Shown here one piece after another: positions 28,172 to 36,655 of a stretch of DNA of 45,309 bases (within the stretch, counting starts at the first letter, position 1; each line of letters opens with the position of its first letter). Where the stretch lies: the NCBI GenBank assembly GCA_947630655.1, contig CANRIQ010000001.1, forward strand, positions 1 to 45,309, in the 5' to 3' direction. Made by a program: the position numbers and the translations under genes. The notes beneath the pieces were generated by a model. It ran no database searches and had not been told where the DNA came from. It was given only the letters and a program-made list of their open reading frames with translations. This stretch comes from an uncultured Clostridia bacterium. Lineage in GTDB: Bacteria; Bacillota; Clostridia; Oscillospirales; Ruminococcaceae.

Positions 28172-29353
28172 ATGGTAAAGAACCGTATTATATACGCTCT
28201 GCTTGCGGCGGCGTGTCTGGCGTTTTCGATTGCGTACACCTCAAAAATATCCGCGGTGCTGCTTATAATGGTGCTTTTGTACCCGATTGCCGCGGCTTTG
28301 GCAACGGTTTTGCAGCTTATTTCCGTTTATGCGGATTTTGACAGCGAACAGCTTGTTTTCGATAAAAATACCCGTTTCGAGTTTTTCGTAAACGTCACAA
28401 ACAATTCGATTTTCCCCTGCGTTCCCGCAGAGCTTGTGTGCGAGCTTCCCGACGTCGATACCGGGAGATTTAATGAAAAGCACGTTTTTGTGTCGCTTGC
28501 GCCGTTCGGTTCGGCAAAGCTTGCGGTGGAGGGAAGGCATCTTTACAGAGGGTGCTATAATTGCACAATACGGAAAATCGCGGCGGTTGACCCGCTCAGG
28601 ATAATTCGCTTTACAAAAAAGGTCGGCAAAAGCTGTCAGATGATTTTTCTGCCGAGGAAGATTGAGCTTCACGATATTGTAAGCTCTTCGGTGGGCGAAC
28701 AGAGCTTTTCCCGCCCGAACCCGATAACCTCCGAAAAAGAGGATTTTTCGCATGTCCGCGAGTATCGTGACGGAGATATTATCCAGCTTGTCCATTGGAA
28801 ATTGACAGCAAAGCAGGACGAGCTTATGATAAAGCAGTTTGACAGCATAAACGACCGCCGCGCGCTGGTTTTGTGCGATATGAGCTGCGGCGAGGGCGAT
28901 GTGCTGCTTACGGCGGACACGATAATAGAAACCGCGATTTCGTTTGTAAAGGCGTTGCTGGACACGGGCGTGGGCGTTTCGGCGGATTTCGGAATAGCGT
29001 CGGAGGGCGGCGTTATAAACGTGAGGAACAAGGGCGATTTCGAGCAGTTTTTCCGACTTATGTCGGTGCTTCCCGCGCAAAACGGGCGTGAGGACCTCCC
29101 GTCCCTTATTGACAGCGCGGATAAAAGCACGGCTGCGGTGATGGTTATTATCACTTCGTCGCTTTCGGACGAGGTAATTCTCCGCGCAAGGGCTCTCGGC
29201 GAATACTGCGCGGTGTATCTGGCGTATGTAAATCTCGCGTCAAAGCAGGTTGACAACTCACTTTACGAGGACAATTTCCTGTTTTTAAACATACGCGGTT
29301 CGGGCGAGGACGCGTTGAAGCTTGCCGCGGCAATGGCTCAGAATTCGCAGTAA
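28172..29353 (+). CDS. DUF58 domain protein with N-terminal TM helices
   Basis: VREYRDGD...VHWKLTAK...LMIKQF; typical MoxR partner. Confidence 0.9.
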   Translation: MVKNRIIYALLAAACLAFSIAYTSKISAVLLIMVLLYPIAAALATVLQLISVYADFDSEQLVFDKNTRFEFFVNVTNNSIFPCVPAELVCELPDVDTGRFNEKHVFVSLAPFGSAKLAVEGRHLYRGCYNCTIRKIAAVDPLRIIRFTKKVGKSCQMIFLPRKIELHDIVSSSVGEQSFSRPNPITSEKEDFSHVREYRDGDIIQLVHWKLTAKQDELMIKQFDSINDRRALVLCDMSCGEGDVLLTADTIIETAISFVKALLDTGVGVSADFGIASEGGVINVRNKGDFEQFFRLMSVLPAQNGREDLPSLIDSADKSTAAVMVIITSSLSDEVILRARALGEYCAVYLAYVNLASKQVDNSLYEDNFLFLNIRGSGEDALKLAAAMAQNSQ

Positions 29354-29406
29354 ACAAGCAAGCAGGGCTTATGCCTGCAAATATATTTAATAAGGAGAAA
29401 GAAAAA

Positions 29407-29625
29407 ATGGACATTAAAGCAAAAATCGACGAAGTCGTAAACAAGGTCAAGAGCGACGGGAATTTTGCCGAGAAATTCAAGAAAGAGCCGATAAAGGCGG
29501 TTGAAGAGGTTGTCGGCGTTGATCTTCCCGACGACGCGGTTCAGAAGGTTATCGACGGCGTTAAGGCAAAGGTGAATTTTGACGGAATTGCCGACAAAAT
29601 CGGCGGTCTTTTCGGCAAGAAATAA
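29407..29625 (+). CDS. Small hypothetical protein (72 aa)
   Basis: AAGGAG SD upstream; MDIKAKIDEVV...KEPIKAVEEVVGVDLPDD; followed by a terminator. Confidence 0.8.
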   Translation: MDIKAKIDEVVNKVKSDGNFAEKFKKEPIKAVEEVVGVDLPDDAVQKVIDGVKAKVNFDGIADKIGGLFGKK

Positions 29626-29647
29626 GATTTTACAACAGAACATCAAC

Positions 29648-29682
29648 ACCTCCGGGCAACTTTCGTCCGGAGGTAATTTTTT
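29648..29682 (+). terminator. Intrinsic terminator
   Basis: ACCTCCGGGC-7 nt-GTCCGGAGGT then AATTTTTT. Confidence 0.75.
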
Positions 29683-29754
29683 AAATTTTTTGCAACAATT
29701 TTGGCAATTACCCGGTATTATAGTTGAAAAACATAACGAAAGCGGGGAATTTTT

Positions 29755-30579
29755 ATGAAAAAAGCAATCTGCCTTATAATCGCGGCATGTTTGCTGTCGG
29801 GGTGCGTTTATACGGAGAAAAGCGAATTTGCTTCACCCGAGCAGCTTAAAAAGTTTGTGGAAGAATGCCCTTTTGAGGAAATAACTCTCCCGAACGGTGA
29901 AAAAATCCCGAAAACCGACGCTGTCGCCGCAAAAGAAACCCGTCTTTCCACGGGGCTTTATTTCGATATAGGCGTAGTGCGGTTCGCAGAGCCTATTTTT
30001 GAAAGCTCGTTCGACACGCCCGATTTGTACGAGCGGCTGATGTCCGACGAGGGCTACGACCATATACGCAGCATAGAAAACGCCGAATATTTAACCGTCC
30101 GCGCGGGAGACGTCCTCGAAAACGGGCTTACTGTCGAAAAAGCGCAGTCCGTCTTTAAATACTTTTTCGACGGCAAGGAAGATTTTTCTTGCGAGGAAAT
30201 CTCGTTTTCGGGACAGCTTGAAATGGAGGGTATTATCACCGAAATAAAGCAGGACGACGTTTACGATTTCCAGAAAAAGGGAGATTTGCTGTTTTATCCC
30301 GACGGCGGAAGCGGCAATGTTTTGCTTATGTATCAGACAGAAGAACCCCTTGTTGAAACAATTATAGGTGACGGGGATTTCGCGCTTATTTATGACGGAC
30401 AGCCGCTTTTTGTGGGGAATATCGGCGATTTGGGCGAATTTCCCGAGGTTTCACAAGCCTTGTCCGAAAACGGTCATACAAGGGTAAAATTGACCGCCGA
30501 AGGGATTGTTTTAAAAAACAACATCACCAACGGCGGCACTGCAAATATTGCTTCAATCACGCTTAAAGCAGACTATTGA
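29755..30579 (+). CDS. Hypothetical lipoprotein
   Basis: Signal peptide MKKAICLIIAACLLSG-C with a lipobox. Confidence 0.8.
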   Translation: MKKAICLIIAACLLSGCVYTEKSEFASPEQLKKFVEECPFEEITLPNGEKIPKTDAVAAKETRLSTGLYFDIGVVRFAEPIFESSFDTPDLYERLMSDEGYDHIRSIENAEYLTVRAGDVLENGLTVEKAQSVFKYFFDGKEDFSCEEISFSGQLEMEGIITEIKQDDVYDFQKKGDLLFYPDGGSGNVLLMYQTEEPLVETIIGDGDFALIYDGQPLFVGNIGDLGEFPEVSQALSENGHTRVKLTAEGIVLKNNITNGGTANIASITLKADY

Positions 30580-31441
30580 GAGCATTTTTAACGCTTTTAT
30601 GCAAATTAAAATTATGATCCCGCAACGAGCATGCCATAAGTGTCGGCACGGCATAAAACGCGATTTTCACGCCAAGAAAGCGGTACGCTCCCCTGTACGC
30701 GTGAAATACGCCCTTATTTTCCAGAAATTCGCGGATTTTCCCGTAAGCCGCCACATAGTCATTTATGCTCTTTTCGGAGAGCGAACCCGTAATACTGCCC
30801 TTGTGATGAACATAGTTATAAAGGTTGCCGCGGATAACGGCGACCTTTTTCGCGTAGTAAAACAACTGCGGCATTACGGCAACATCTTCAAAACACATAC
30901 CTGCGGGGTATTCTATCTTATTCTCGGTAAAAAGGCTGCGCCGAAACAGCTTGTTGCAGGAAAAGCTTCTCGTGAAAATGTCGAAAAGCAGCGATTTCAG
31001 CATTTTCTCCGGGGAAAACACCCCCGAGCGGTGCTTGAAAACACAGCCCATACGGAGAGTGTCCGCGCCGTTTACGTTTTTGTACCCGCAGACCGCAATG
31101 TCCGCGTCGGAGCGTTCTGCCGCATTGTACAACGCGGAGAGGAAATTTTCCTCGACAAAGTCGTCGCTGTCTATAAAAGCTATGTACTCGCCGCGGGCGT
31201 TTTGCAGCCCTAAATTACGGGCGGCGGACGTACCCGAATTCTCCTGCGAAATAACACGGAGCTTGTCCTGCTTTTTTGAAAAGCTTTCGAGTATTTTTAA
31301 AGAATTGTCGGCAGAGCCGTCGTCTACCGCAATTATCTCGTATTCCTTGTCGAAATCCTGATTTAGTATCGATATAAGACATCTCTCTAAAAAGGGTTCG
31401 GCATTGTATACCGGGATTATAACAGAAATTATAGTGTTCAT
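30563..31441 (-). CDS. GT2 family glycosyltransferase
   Basis: ISVIIPVYN, VDDGSAD, ARNLGL, FIDSDD, FED. Confidence 0.93.
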   Translation of the reverse strand: MNTIISVIIPVYNAEPFLERCLISILNQDFDKEYEIIAVDDGSADNSLKILESFSKKQDKLRVISQENSGTSAARNLGLQNARGEYIAFIDSDDFVEENFLSALYNAAERSDADIAVCGYKNVNGADTLRMGCVFKHRSGVFSPEKMLKSLLFDIFTRSFSCNKLFRRSLFTENKIEYPAGMCFEDVAVMPQLFYYAKKVAVIRGNLYNYVHHKGSITGSLSEKSINDYVAAYGKIREFLENKGVFHAYRGAYRFLGVKIAFYAVPTLMACSLRDHNFNLHKSVKNALNSLL

Positions 31442-31494
31442 TGCAGTGCGTCCTTGTAAAATATTGAAAAATGGTTATATAATATTTTTAATTT

Positions 31495-31517
31495 AGGCTG
31501 GTGAGGCAGCCTTTTTT
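31495..31517 (+). terminator. Plus-strand terminator-like hairpin inside the GT2 leader
   Basis: AGGCTG-GTGAGG-CAGCCT followed by a T-run. Confidence 0.6.
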
Positions 31518-31541
31518 GTCACAAAATGTAGTGTTAAGAAT

Positions 31542-31570
31542 ATTATACTATCAATTTATTGATTTGTCAA
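31542..31570 (-). promoter_or_regulatory. Consensus sigma-A promoter of the GT2 gene
   Basis: TTGACA-17 nt-TATAAT; the spacer region carries the palindrome ATCAAT-TT-ATTGAT. Confidence 0.85.
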
Positions 31571-31610
31571 GAAAAAGTTAAAAAAATCTTGTGAAATTTC
31601 CTTAAAATGC

Positions 31611-31639
31611 TTGCAATTTTGGGGAATTTGTGTTATAAT
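31611..31639 (+). promoter_or_regulatory. Sigma-A promoter of pyrE
   Basis: TTGCAA-17 nt-TATAAT with extended -10 TG. Confidence 0.8.
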
Positions 31640-31670
31640 TATAGTACCAAGATTATAGGCGGGGTTTGGT

Positions 31671-32324
31671 ATGACTTATAAAGAAAGCTTTATTAAATTC
31701 ATGGTGGACAGCGGCGTGCTGAAGTTCGGGGAATTCACCCTTAAAAGCGGCAGAGTCGCGCCCTATTTCATAAACTGCGGGAATTACAAGACGGGTTCAC
31801 AGCTTGCAAAGCTCGGAGAGTATTACGCCGAATGCATAAACGAGCACGGGTTGAAGCCCGATACGCTGTTTGGTCCTGCTTATAAGGGGATACCTCTTTC
31901 GGTGGCGGCGTGCGCTGCTCTTTACAATAAGTTCGGCGTTGACTGCAACTATTGCTTCGACAGAAAGGAAGTCAAAGACCACGGCGAGGGCGGAATGTTT
32001 GTCGGGAAAACGCTTGAGGACGGCGAAAAGGTCGTTATTATCGAGGACGTTATGACAAGCGGAAAGGCTCTGCGCGAGGTGCTGCCGAAGCTTCAGGGCG
32101 CGGCGAAAATCAGCATTGAGGGCATGGTTATCACTGTCGACCGCGCGGAAAAGGGTCTTAATTCCGATAAGTCCGCCGTAAACGAGGTTTTTGACGAGTT
32201 CGGCGTTAAGGTCTATTCGATTGTCAATATCGAGGACATTATCAAGGCTCTCGAGGACGGAATTATCCCCGGGGCGGAGTTCGTCGGAAAGATGAAGGAA
32301 TATCGCAGCCGCTACGGCGCGTGA
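31671..32324 (+). CDS. pyrE: Orotate phosphoribosyltransferase
   Basis: FGEFTLKSGR, FGPAYKGIP, RKEVKDHGEGG, PRPP loop VIIEDVMTSG. Confidence 0.96.
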   Translation: MTYKESFIKFMVDSGVLKFGEFTLKSGRVAPYFINCGNYKTGSQLAKLGEYYAECINEHGLKPDTLFGPAYKGIPLSVAACAALYNKFGVDCNYCFDRKEVKDHGEGGMFVGKTLEDGEKVVIIEDVMTSGKALREVLPKLQGAAKISIEGMVITVDRAEKGLNSDKSAVNEVFDEFGVKVYSIVNIEDIIKALEDGIIPGAEFVGKMKEYRSRYGA

Positions 32325-32362
32325 CCTTATAAATTACATAAACAAGGAAGTTTATATAGGAA

Positions 32363-33076
32363 ATGGAAATGCCTTTTTCGCCCAACGAGGGCAAAAATCT
32401 TGTGATTTCGACGGATTACGGCGATTTTGCGCGTTATCCCGTCAAAACTCACGTTATTACGAAGGACGACGTTTTAGAGGACGTTCTTGATAAATACGTC
32501 CGGGAATATATTCAAGAGGGCGACACGGTGATTATGTCCGAGAAGATTGTGGCTATTTCGCAGGGTCGCGCGTTCCCGGTAAAGGATATTAAGGTAAGCA
32601 GACTGGCGAGATTTCTCTCGAAGTTTGTTGTTAAGACCAACTACGGCATTGGACTTGCGATGCCCGAGACCATGGAGCTTTGCGTGCGCGAGGTGGGCAG
32701 GGTGAAGGTGGTTTTTGCGGCGATAATCGCGGGTATTGCTAAGATTTTCGGAAAGCACGGCGTTTTTTACAACATCTGCGGCATGAAAGCCCGCGCGATT
32801 GACGGTCCGTGCGATTACACTCTTCCTCCGTACAACACCTACGCGAAAATGGCTCCCGATAAGCCCGACGAGGTCGCGGCTCGGCTTTCAAAGCACATTG
32901 GCGCGGACGTTGTTATAATAGACGCAAACGATATTGCGGCAACGGTTCTCGGAAAGCCCCGCAAGGACTACGAGGAGAAGTTTGCAAGCCAGGTGTTCAG
33001 CGATAACCCGCTGGATCAGTGCTCGCAGCAGACGCCGATCGCTATCGTAAGAAAAGCGGAGAGATCCGCAGGGTAA
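32363..33076 (+). CDS. CofE-like (F420-0:gamma-glutamyl ligase family) protein
   Basis: PVKTHVI, SEKIVAISQGR, AIDGP, IIDAND, DNPLDQCSQQTPIAIVR. Confidence 0.8.
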   Translation: MEMPFSPNEGKNLVISTDYGDFARYPVKTHVITKDDVLEDVLDKYVREYIQEGDTVIMSEKIVAISQGRAFPVKDIKVSRLARFLSKFVVKTNYGIGLAMPETMELCVREVGRVKVVFAAIIAGIAKIFGKHGVFYNICGMKARAIDGPCDYTLPPYNTYAKMAPDKPDEVAARLSKHIGADVVIIDANDIAATVLGKPRKDYEEKFASQVFSDNPLDQCSQQTPIAIVRKAERSAG

Positions 33077-33120
33077 TTGAGGGTTACAGGAAACTGTATT
33101 TTATTTGAGAGGTGATAGTT

Positions 33121-34359
33121 ATGACAGTAGGTAATCAGGCAAGAATTCAGTTTGGTGTGGCGCAGGTTCAGGCGAGGTACGGAAATACGCTTGACAGCCT
33201 GTACGGCTCGATGCTGGCGAACAGGTATAACTCTGCGACAAATAAGATCGCGAAGTATTCCTCTTCCACAAAGACGCTGAACGATCTTTTAAACAGCCGT
33301 TCTCTCAAAAACAAGAGCGACGAGTTCCGTTCGCAGTTCAGCGAGCTGTACAAGAACATTTTCGGCATTTCCGATGATGAAACCGAAGAGTCTGCGGTAA
33401 GCACCGCGCAGTCTGTAAAGGCTGCTTCCGCAAGCGCGGGCGGCGCGGCGGAGTCGATAAAGGATTTCGCGAACGGTCTGAAATACGGCGGAGAGCTTGA
33501 TGTCGACGCATATAAGGCTCAGGCGCAGGCTTTTGTTGACAGCTATAACGAGATGATTGACAAGGTCGGCAATTCCGATAATCAGAACGTTCTGCAAAAG
33601 GGCGTTTTGATGGTAAATTCCACCAAAGTCTACACAAGCTCGCTTAAACGCGCGGGAATTACTGTCGGCGCGGACAATAAGCTGACGCTTAACAGTGATT
33701 TGTCGGGCATAAAGGCTTCCGATGTCAAGGTGACCTTCGGGTCGAACGGCTATTCCGATAAGGTAATTCAGAAGGCTCGGCAGATAAATTCGCTTTCGGG
33801 CGGCTCGGGGCTGTTTACAAAGGGCGTTTCGGGCAGCACCGGCTCGTCAAGCTCGAATTCTTCGGACAAGGTTGACAATTCGGGAACGTTAAAGGCTCTT
33901 ACCGAGGCGGTGAAGGAATCCGCGACGGCTGTGAAGTCCTATGTTCACGGACTGGGCTCGGAGGACAGCGAGTTTACCGCGACGGATTTCACTAAGACCG
34001 CAAAGGATTTTGTTGATAATTTCAACTCGTTTATTGATGAAATGAATAAATCCGATGATGTAAGCGTTCGCCAGAAGGGGCTTATTATGCAAAGCACCGC
34101 GCACGCGTACAGACATGCGTTAAAGCGCGCGGGGATTGAGGTCGGCAACGACAACAAGCTTACTCTGGGCGATATGTCGAAGATTACCGAGCAGGACGTA
34201 AAATACGCGTTCGGGTACGGCGGATTTCTTGACAAGGTGACCCAGAAGGCGGATCAGGTTAAGTCCCTGGTTGGCAGCGCGAGCGCGATGGGCTACGGCG
34301 CGAACAAGATTTCTACATACGCGTACAACACGGGCGCGCTGTTCAGCGTTTACGCATAA
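33121..34359 (+). CDS. FliD C-terminal-like flagellar protein with an internal duplication
   Basis: Two copies of FVD(S/N)(Y/F)N..ID....SD...V.QKG..M......Y...LKRAGI.VG.DNKLTL...VK..FG..G..DKV.QKA.Q..SL. GAGGTG SD. Confidence 0.6.
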   Translation: MTVGNQARIQFGVAQVQARYGNTLDSLYGSMLANRYNSATNKIAKYSSSTKTLNDLLNSRSLKNKSDEFRSQFSELYKNIFGISDDETEESAVSTAQSVKAASASAGGAAESIKDFANGLKYGGELDVDAYKAQAQAFVDSYNEMIDKVGNSDNQNVLQKGVLMVNSTKVYTSSLKRAGITVGADNKLTLNSDLSGIKASDVKVTFGSNGYSDKVIQKARQINSLSGGSGLFTKGVSGSTGSSSSNSSDKVDNSGTLKALTEAVKESATAVKSYVHGLGSEDSEFTATDFTKTAKDFVDNFNSFIDEMNKSDDVSVRQKGLIMQSTAHAYRHALKRAGIEVGNDNKLTLGDMSKITEQDVKYAFGYGGFLDKVTQKADQVKSLVGSASAMGYGANKISTYAYNTGALFSVYA

Positions 34360-34376
34360 GATTTTCGGATAAAATT

Positions 34377-34408
34377 ATCCCCCGTTCGTAAGGACGGGGG
34401 ATTTTTTT
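34377..34408 (+). terminator. Intrinsic terminator
   Basis: ATCCCCCGTTC-GTAA-GGACGGGGGAT followed by a T-run. Confidence 0.85.
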
Positions 34409-34541
34409 GTTTATTTCTAACAAAAAAATTTTTCCGCGCCCGTCAAAGTTTGTCGAAAAACCGCCTTGATATATATATATAGTATAATGATATTTGCGGG
34501 TCCTCCGCGAATTTTTGAAAGGACAAAAGGGTTCTAGACAG

Positions 34542-35192
34542 ATGAAAAAGAAAAAAATAATGACGCCGTTAGCTCGGGCGCTTTTGATAGCTTTGGGGGC
34601 AATTTTGCTGATGTATGCAGTTGTAGCGTTGATTACGTCGCCTTATTGGTTAAGTCCTTTTGAGCATAATACTGGCATTCAAATTGTAATCGAAGGTGCT
34701 AATTCTGTTATAAGTGGATCCGGACACGGAGAACACGTAACTTTTTATGATGGTGACGATCCGGATATTACTATCCCCCAAAAAATAGGTTGGACAAAAA
34801 TATGCGGGGTAATGTTACAAGGCAATAACATCATAAAAAACGTCGACATGTCGGACGAATTTACTGAAGTCGAAGTAATTTATTTCAATGATTGTGAAAA
34901 ACTTAAAAAGATGAGCATTCCCGACAGTGTGAAAGAAATTGAAACTCTTCAATTTGAAGACTGCAAAAATCTAAAAAAGATAAATCTTCCGGACGACTTA
35001 ACTACAATTGATAGATTTATTTTAGAGGATTGCCCCGATCTTGAAAATATAGCAATTCCGGAAGATGTGGAATATATCAATTTTTATCCTATTGAGGGCT
35101 GTGATAATGTTACATTTACTTACGACGGCATGACTTACGACTACAAGCATATTGATGAACTCCGCGAAGCAATAAGAATAAACAACGAATAA
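34542..35192 (+). CDS. Membrane-anchored BspA-type leucine-rich repeat (LRR_5) protein
   Basis: N-terminal TM helix; repeats FNDCEKLKKMSIPDSVKEI / FEDCKNLKKINLPDDLTTI / LEDCPDLENIAIPEDVEYI; AT-rich. Confidence 0.85.
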   Translation: MKKKKIMTPLARALLIALGAILLMYAVVALITSPYWLSPFEHNTGIQIVIEGANSVISGSGHGEHVTFYDGDDPDITIPQKIGWTKICGVMLQGNNIIKNVDMSDEFTEVEVIYFNDCEKLKKMSIPDSVKEIETLQFEDCKNLKKINLPDDLTTIDRFILEDCPDLENIAIPEDVEYINFYPIEGCDNVTFTYDGMTYDYKHIDELREAIRINNE

Positions 35193-35197
35193 GCCGA

Positions 35198-35223
35198 CCC
35201 CCGTTCACACGAACGGGGGCTTT
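35198..35223. terminator. Hairpin between the convergent LRR and M14 genes
   Basis: CCCCCGTTC-ACAC-GAACGGGGG. Confidence 0.7.
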
Positions 35224-35224
35224 C

Positions 35225-36160
35225 TTATTTGTGAAGCCGCTTTATCATCTTAAACGCGAGGGCGTTTTCGGTGATGAGCGGTTTTTTGTGCGAGAAAAAG
35301 ATTATCCCGTCGGCGGGCGCGGTAATTTCCCCCTCGACAGCCCCCTCGTATGGGTGGATAATCTCGGCTAAAACGTCTCCGCGGCAGACCTCGTCGCCCG
35401 CGCTGTGAAGCTCGCGGTAAATTCCCGCCGCAGAGCTTTTTATGTTCATCATCTCGTCCTCGTCGAGAATTGTTCCCATATAGCCGCCGTGACACTTGTA
35501 CTTGATAATTCCCATTCGCGAGAGAAATCTCAGCACCGCAGAAACTCCCTGTTCGGCGGAGACGGTATCAAGCATTTCGGTGGAGTTTGTGTACACCGAA
35601 AACGCCGCTGTTCCCGAAAACTGCCAGTTGTAGTTTAAGGTGGTCTTGTCGGCGGCATTCGGCGTTCTAAGCAGCACATACGGCAGCCCAAAGAGGTTTG
35701 CAAGAGAGGTGTTCTCCTTGCAGGTCTTCATCATGCGAACATGCGGCACAAACACTCCCGGAATGTAAAAGCTTGCAAACTGCACTCCGTATTTGTACTG
35801 ACAAATCTCCTTGAAAACGCCCGCCGCAATGCGCTCGGTGGTCTCTCCGTCGGGGTTTCCGGGGAACATTCTGTTTATATCGGTGTTGTCAAGGCACCAA
35901 AAGCGTTTTGAGATGTTCGAGCTGAAATTATTCAGCGACGGAATAACCAGTATTTCCCTGTCGAACGCAAAATCTCCCTTTTTTTCGAGATGCGCGAGAA
36001 TTTTCACAAGCTGCCCGCACATATAAAGCTGCTGGATTTCGTCGCCGCGAAGCGAACCTATTATACAGCAGCTTTTTTCGCCTTTTCCGAAGCGGTATCC
36101 CGTAACGCGGAATTCATCGCGGTAAAGTCCCGCCAGACTGTAAACGACGTCTTTTTTCAT
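35225..36160 (-). CDS. M14 succinylglutamate desuccinylase/aspartoacylase-family protein with degenerate Zn ligands
   Basis: GSLRGDE, DINRMFPG, C-terminal biotinyl/lipoyl-like domain. Confidence 0.8.
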   Translation of the reverse strand: MKKDVVYSLAGLYRDEFRVTGYRFGKGEKSCCIIGSLRGDEIQQLYMCGQLVKILAHLEKKGDFAFDREILVIPSLNNFSSNISKRFWCLDNTDINRMFPGNPDGETTERIAAGVFKEICQYKYGVQFASFYIPGVFVPHVRMMKTCKENTSLANLFGLPYVLLRTPNAADKTTLNYNWQFSGTAAFSVYTNSTEMLDTVSAEQGVSAVLRFLSRMGIIKYKCHGGYMGTILDEDEMMNIKSSAAGIYRELHSAGDEVCRGDVLAEIIHPYEGAVEGEITAPADGIIFFSHKKPLITENALAFKMIKRLHK

Positions 36161-36163
36161 AAA

Positions 36164-36637
36164 TCAGCCCTCGCTCGGCTTGCACACGTCAACCCATTCC
36201 CTGTATTCCGAGCATTTTTCAAGCTCGGGAACGGAAAGCTCCACCGCGGTGTTTGCCGTACCGCAGGCGGGGTAAATTATCTCGAAACGCTTAAGCGACT
36301 CGTCAAGGTAGACCTCCACGCCCTCGTTCACCCCGAACGGGCAAACTCCTCCGACCGCGTGACCCACCATATCGACCGCCTGTTCAGCCGACAGCATTTT
36401 CGCTTTTACGCCGAATTTCGCCTTGAATTTCGCGTTGTCGATTTTAACGTCTCCCGCCGCCACGACCATTACCGCCTTGTCGTTCACAAGAAACGTAATC
36501 GATTTTGCTATTCTTGCAGGTTCACAGCCCAAAGCCTTTGCGGCAAGCTCCACCGTCGCGCTGCTTTGGGAAAATGTTTTAACTCTGCCGCCTAAACCGT
36601 ATTTTTCAAGCTGTGCCTTTGCCTTTTCCGCTGACAT
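36164..36637 (-). CDS. YbaK/EbsC family aminoacyl-tRNA editing protein
   Basis: SATVELAA, IAKSITF, GHAVGGVCPFG. Confidence 0.92.
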   Translation of the reverse strand: MSAEKAKAQLEKYGLGGRVKTFSQSSATVELAAKALGCEPARIAKSITFLVNDKAVMVVAAGDVKIDNAKFKAKFGVKAKMLSAEQAVDMVGHAVGGVCPFGVNEGVEVYLDESLKRFEIIYPACGTANTAVELSVPELEKCSEYREWVDVCKPSEG

Positions 36638-36655
36638 TTTTCTACCCCTTTTACC

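Noticed and set aside
29407-29625. Small protein as a RiPP precursor
   Set aside because: No modifiable core after the GG and no modification enzyme or transporter nearby
34443-34471. CAAAGTTT-N11-GCCTTGATAT as a sigma-28 promoter for the LRR gene
   Set aside because: The -10 element needs a 2-nt insertion to fit GCCGATAT; too weak to call
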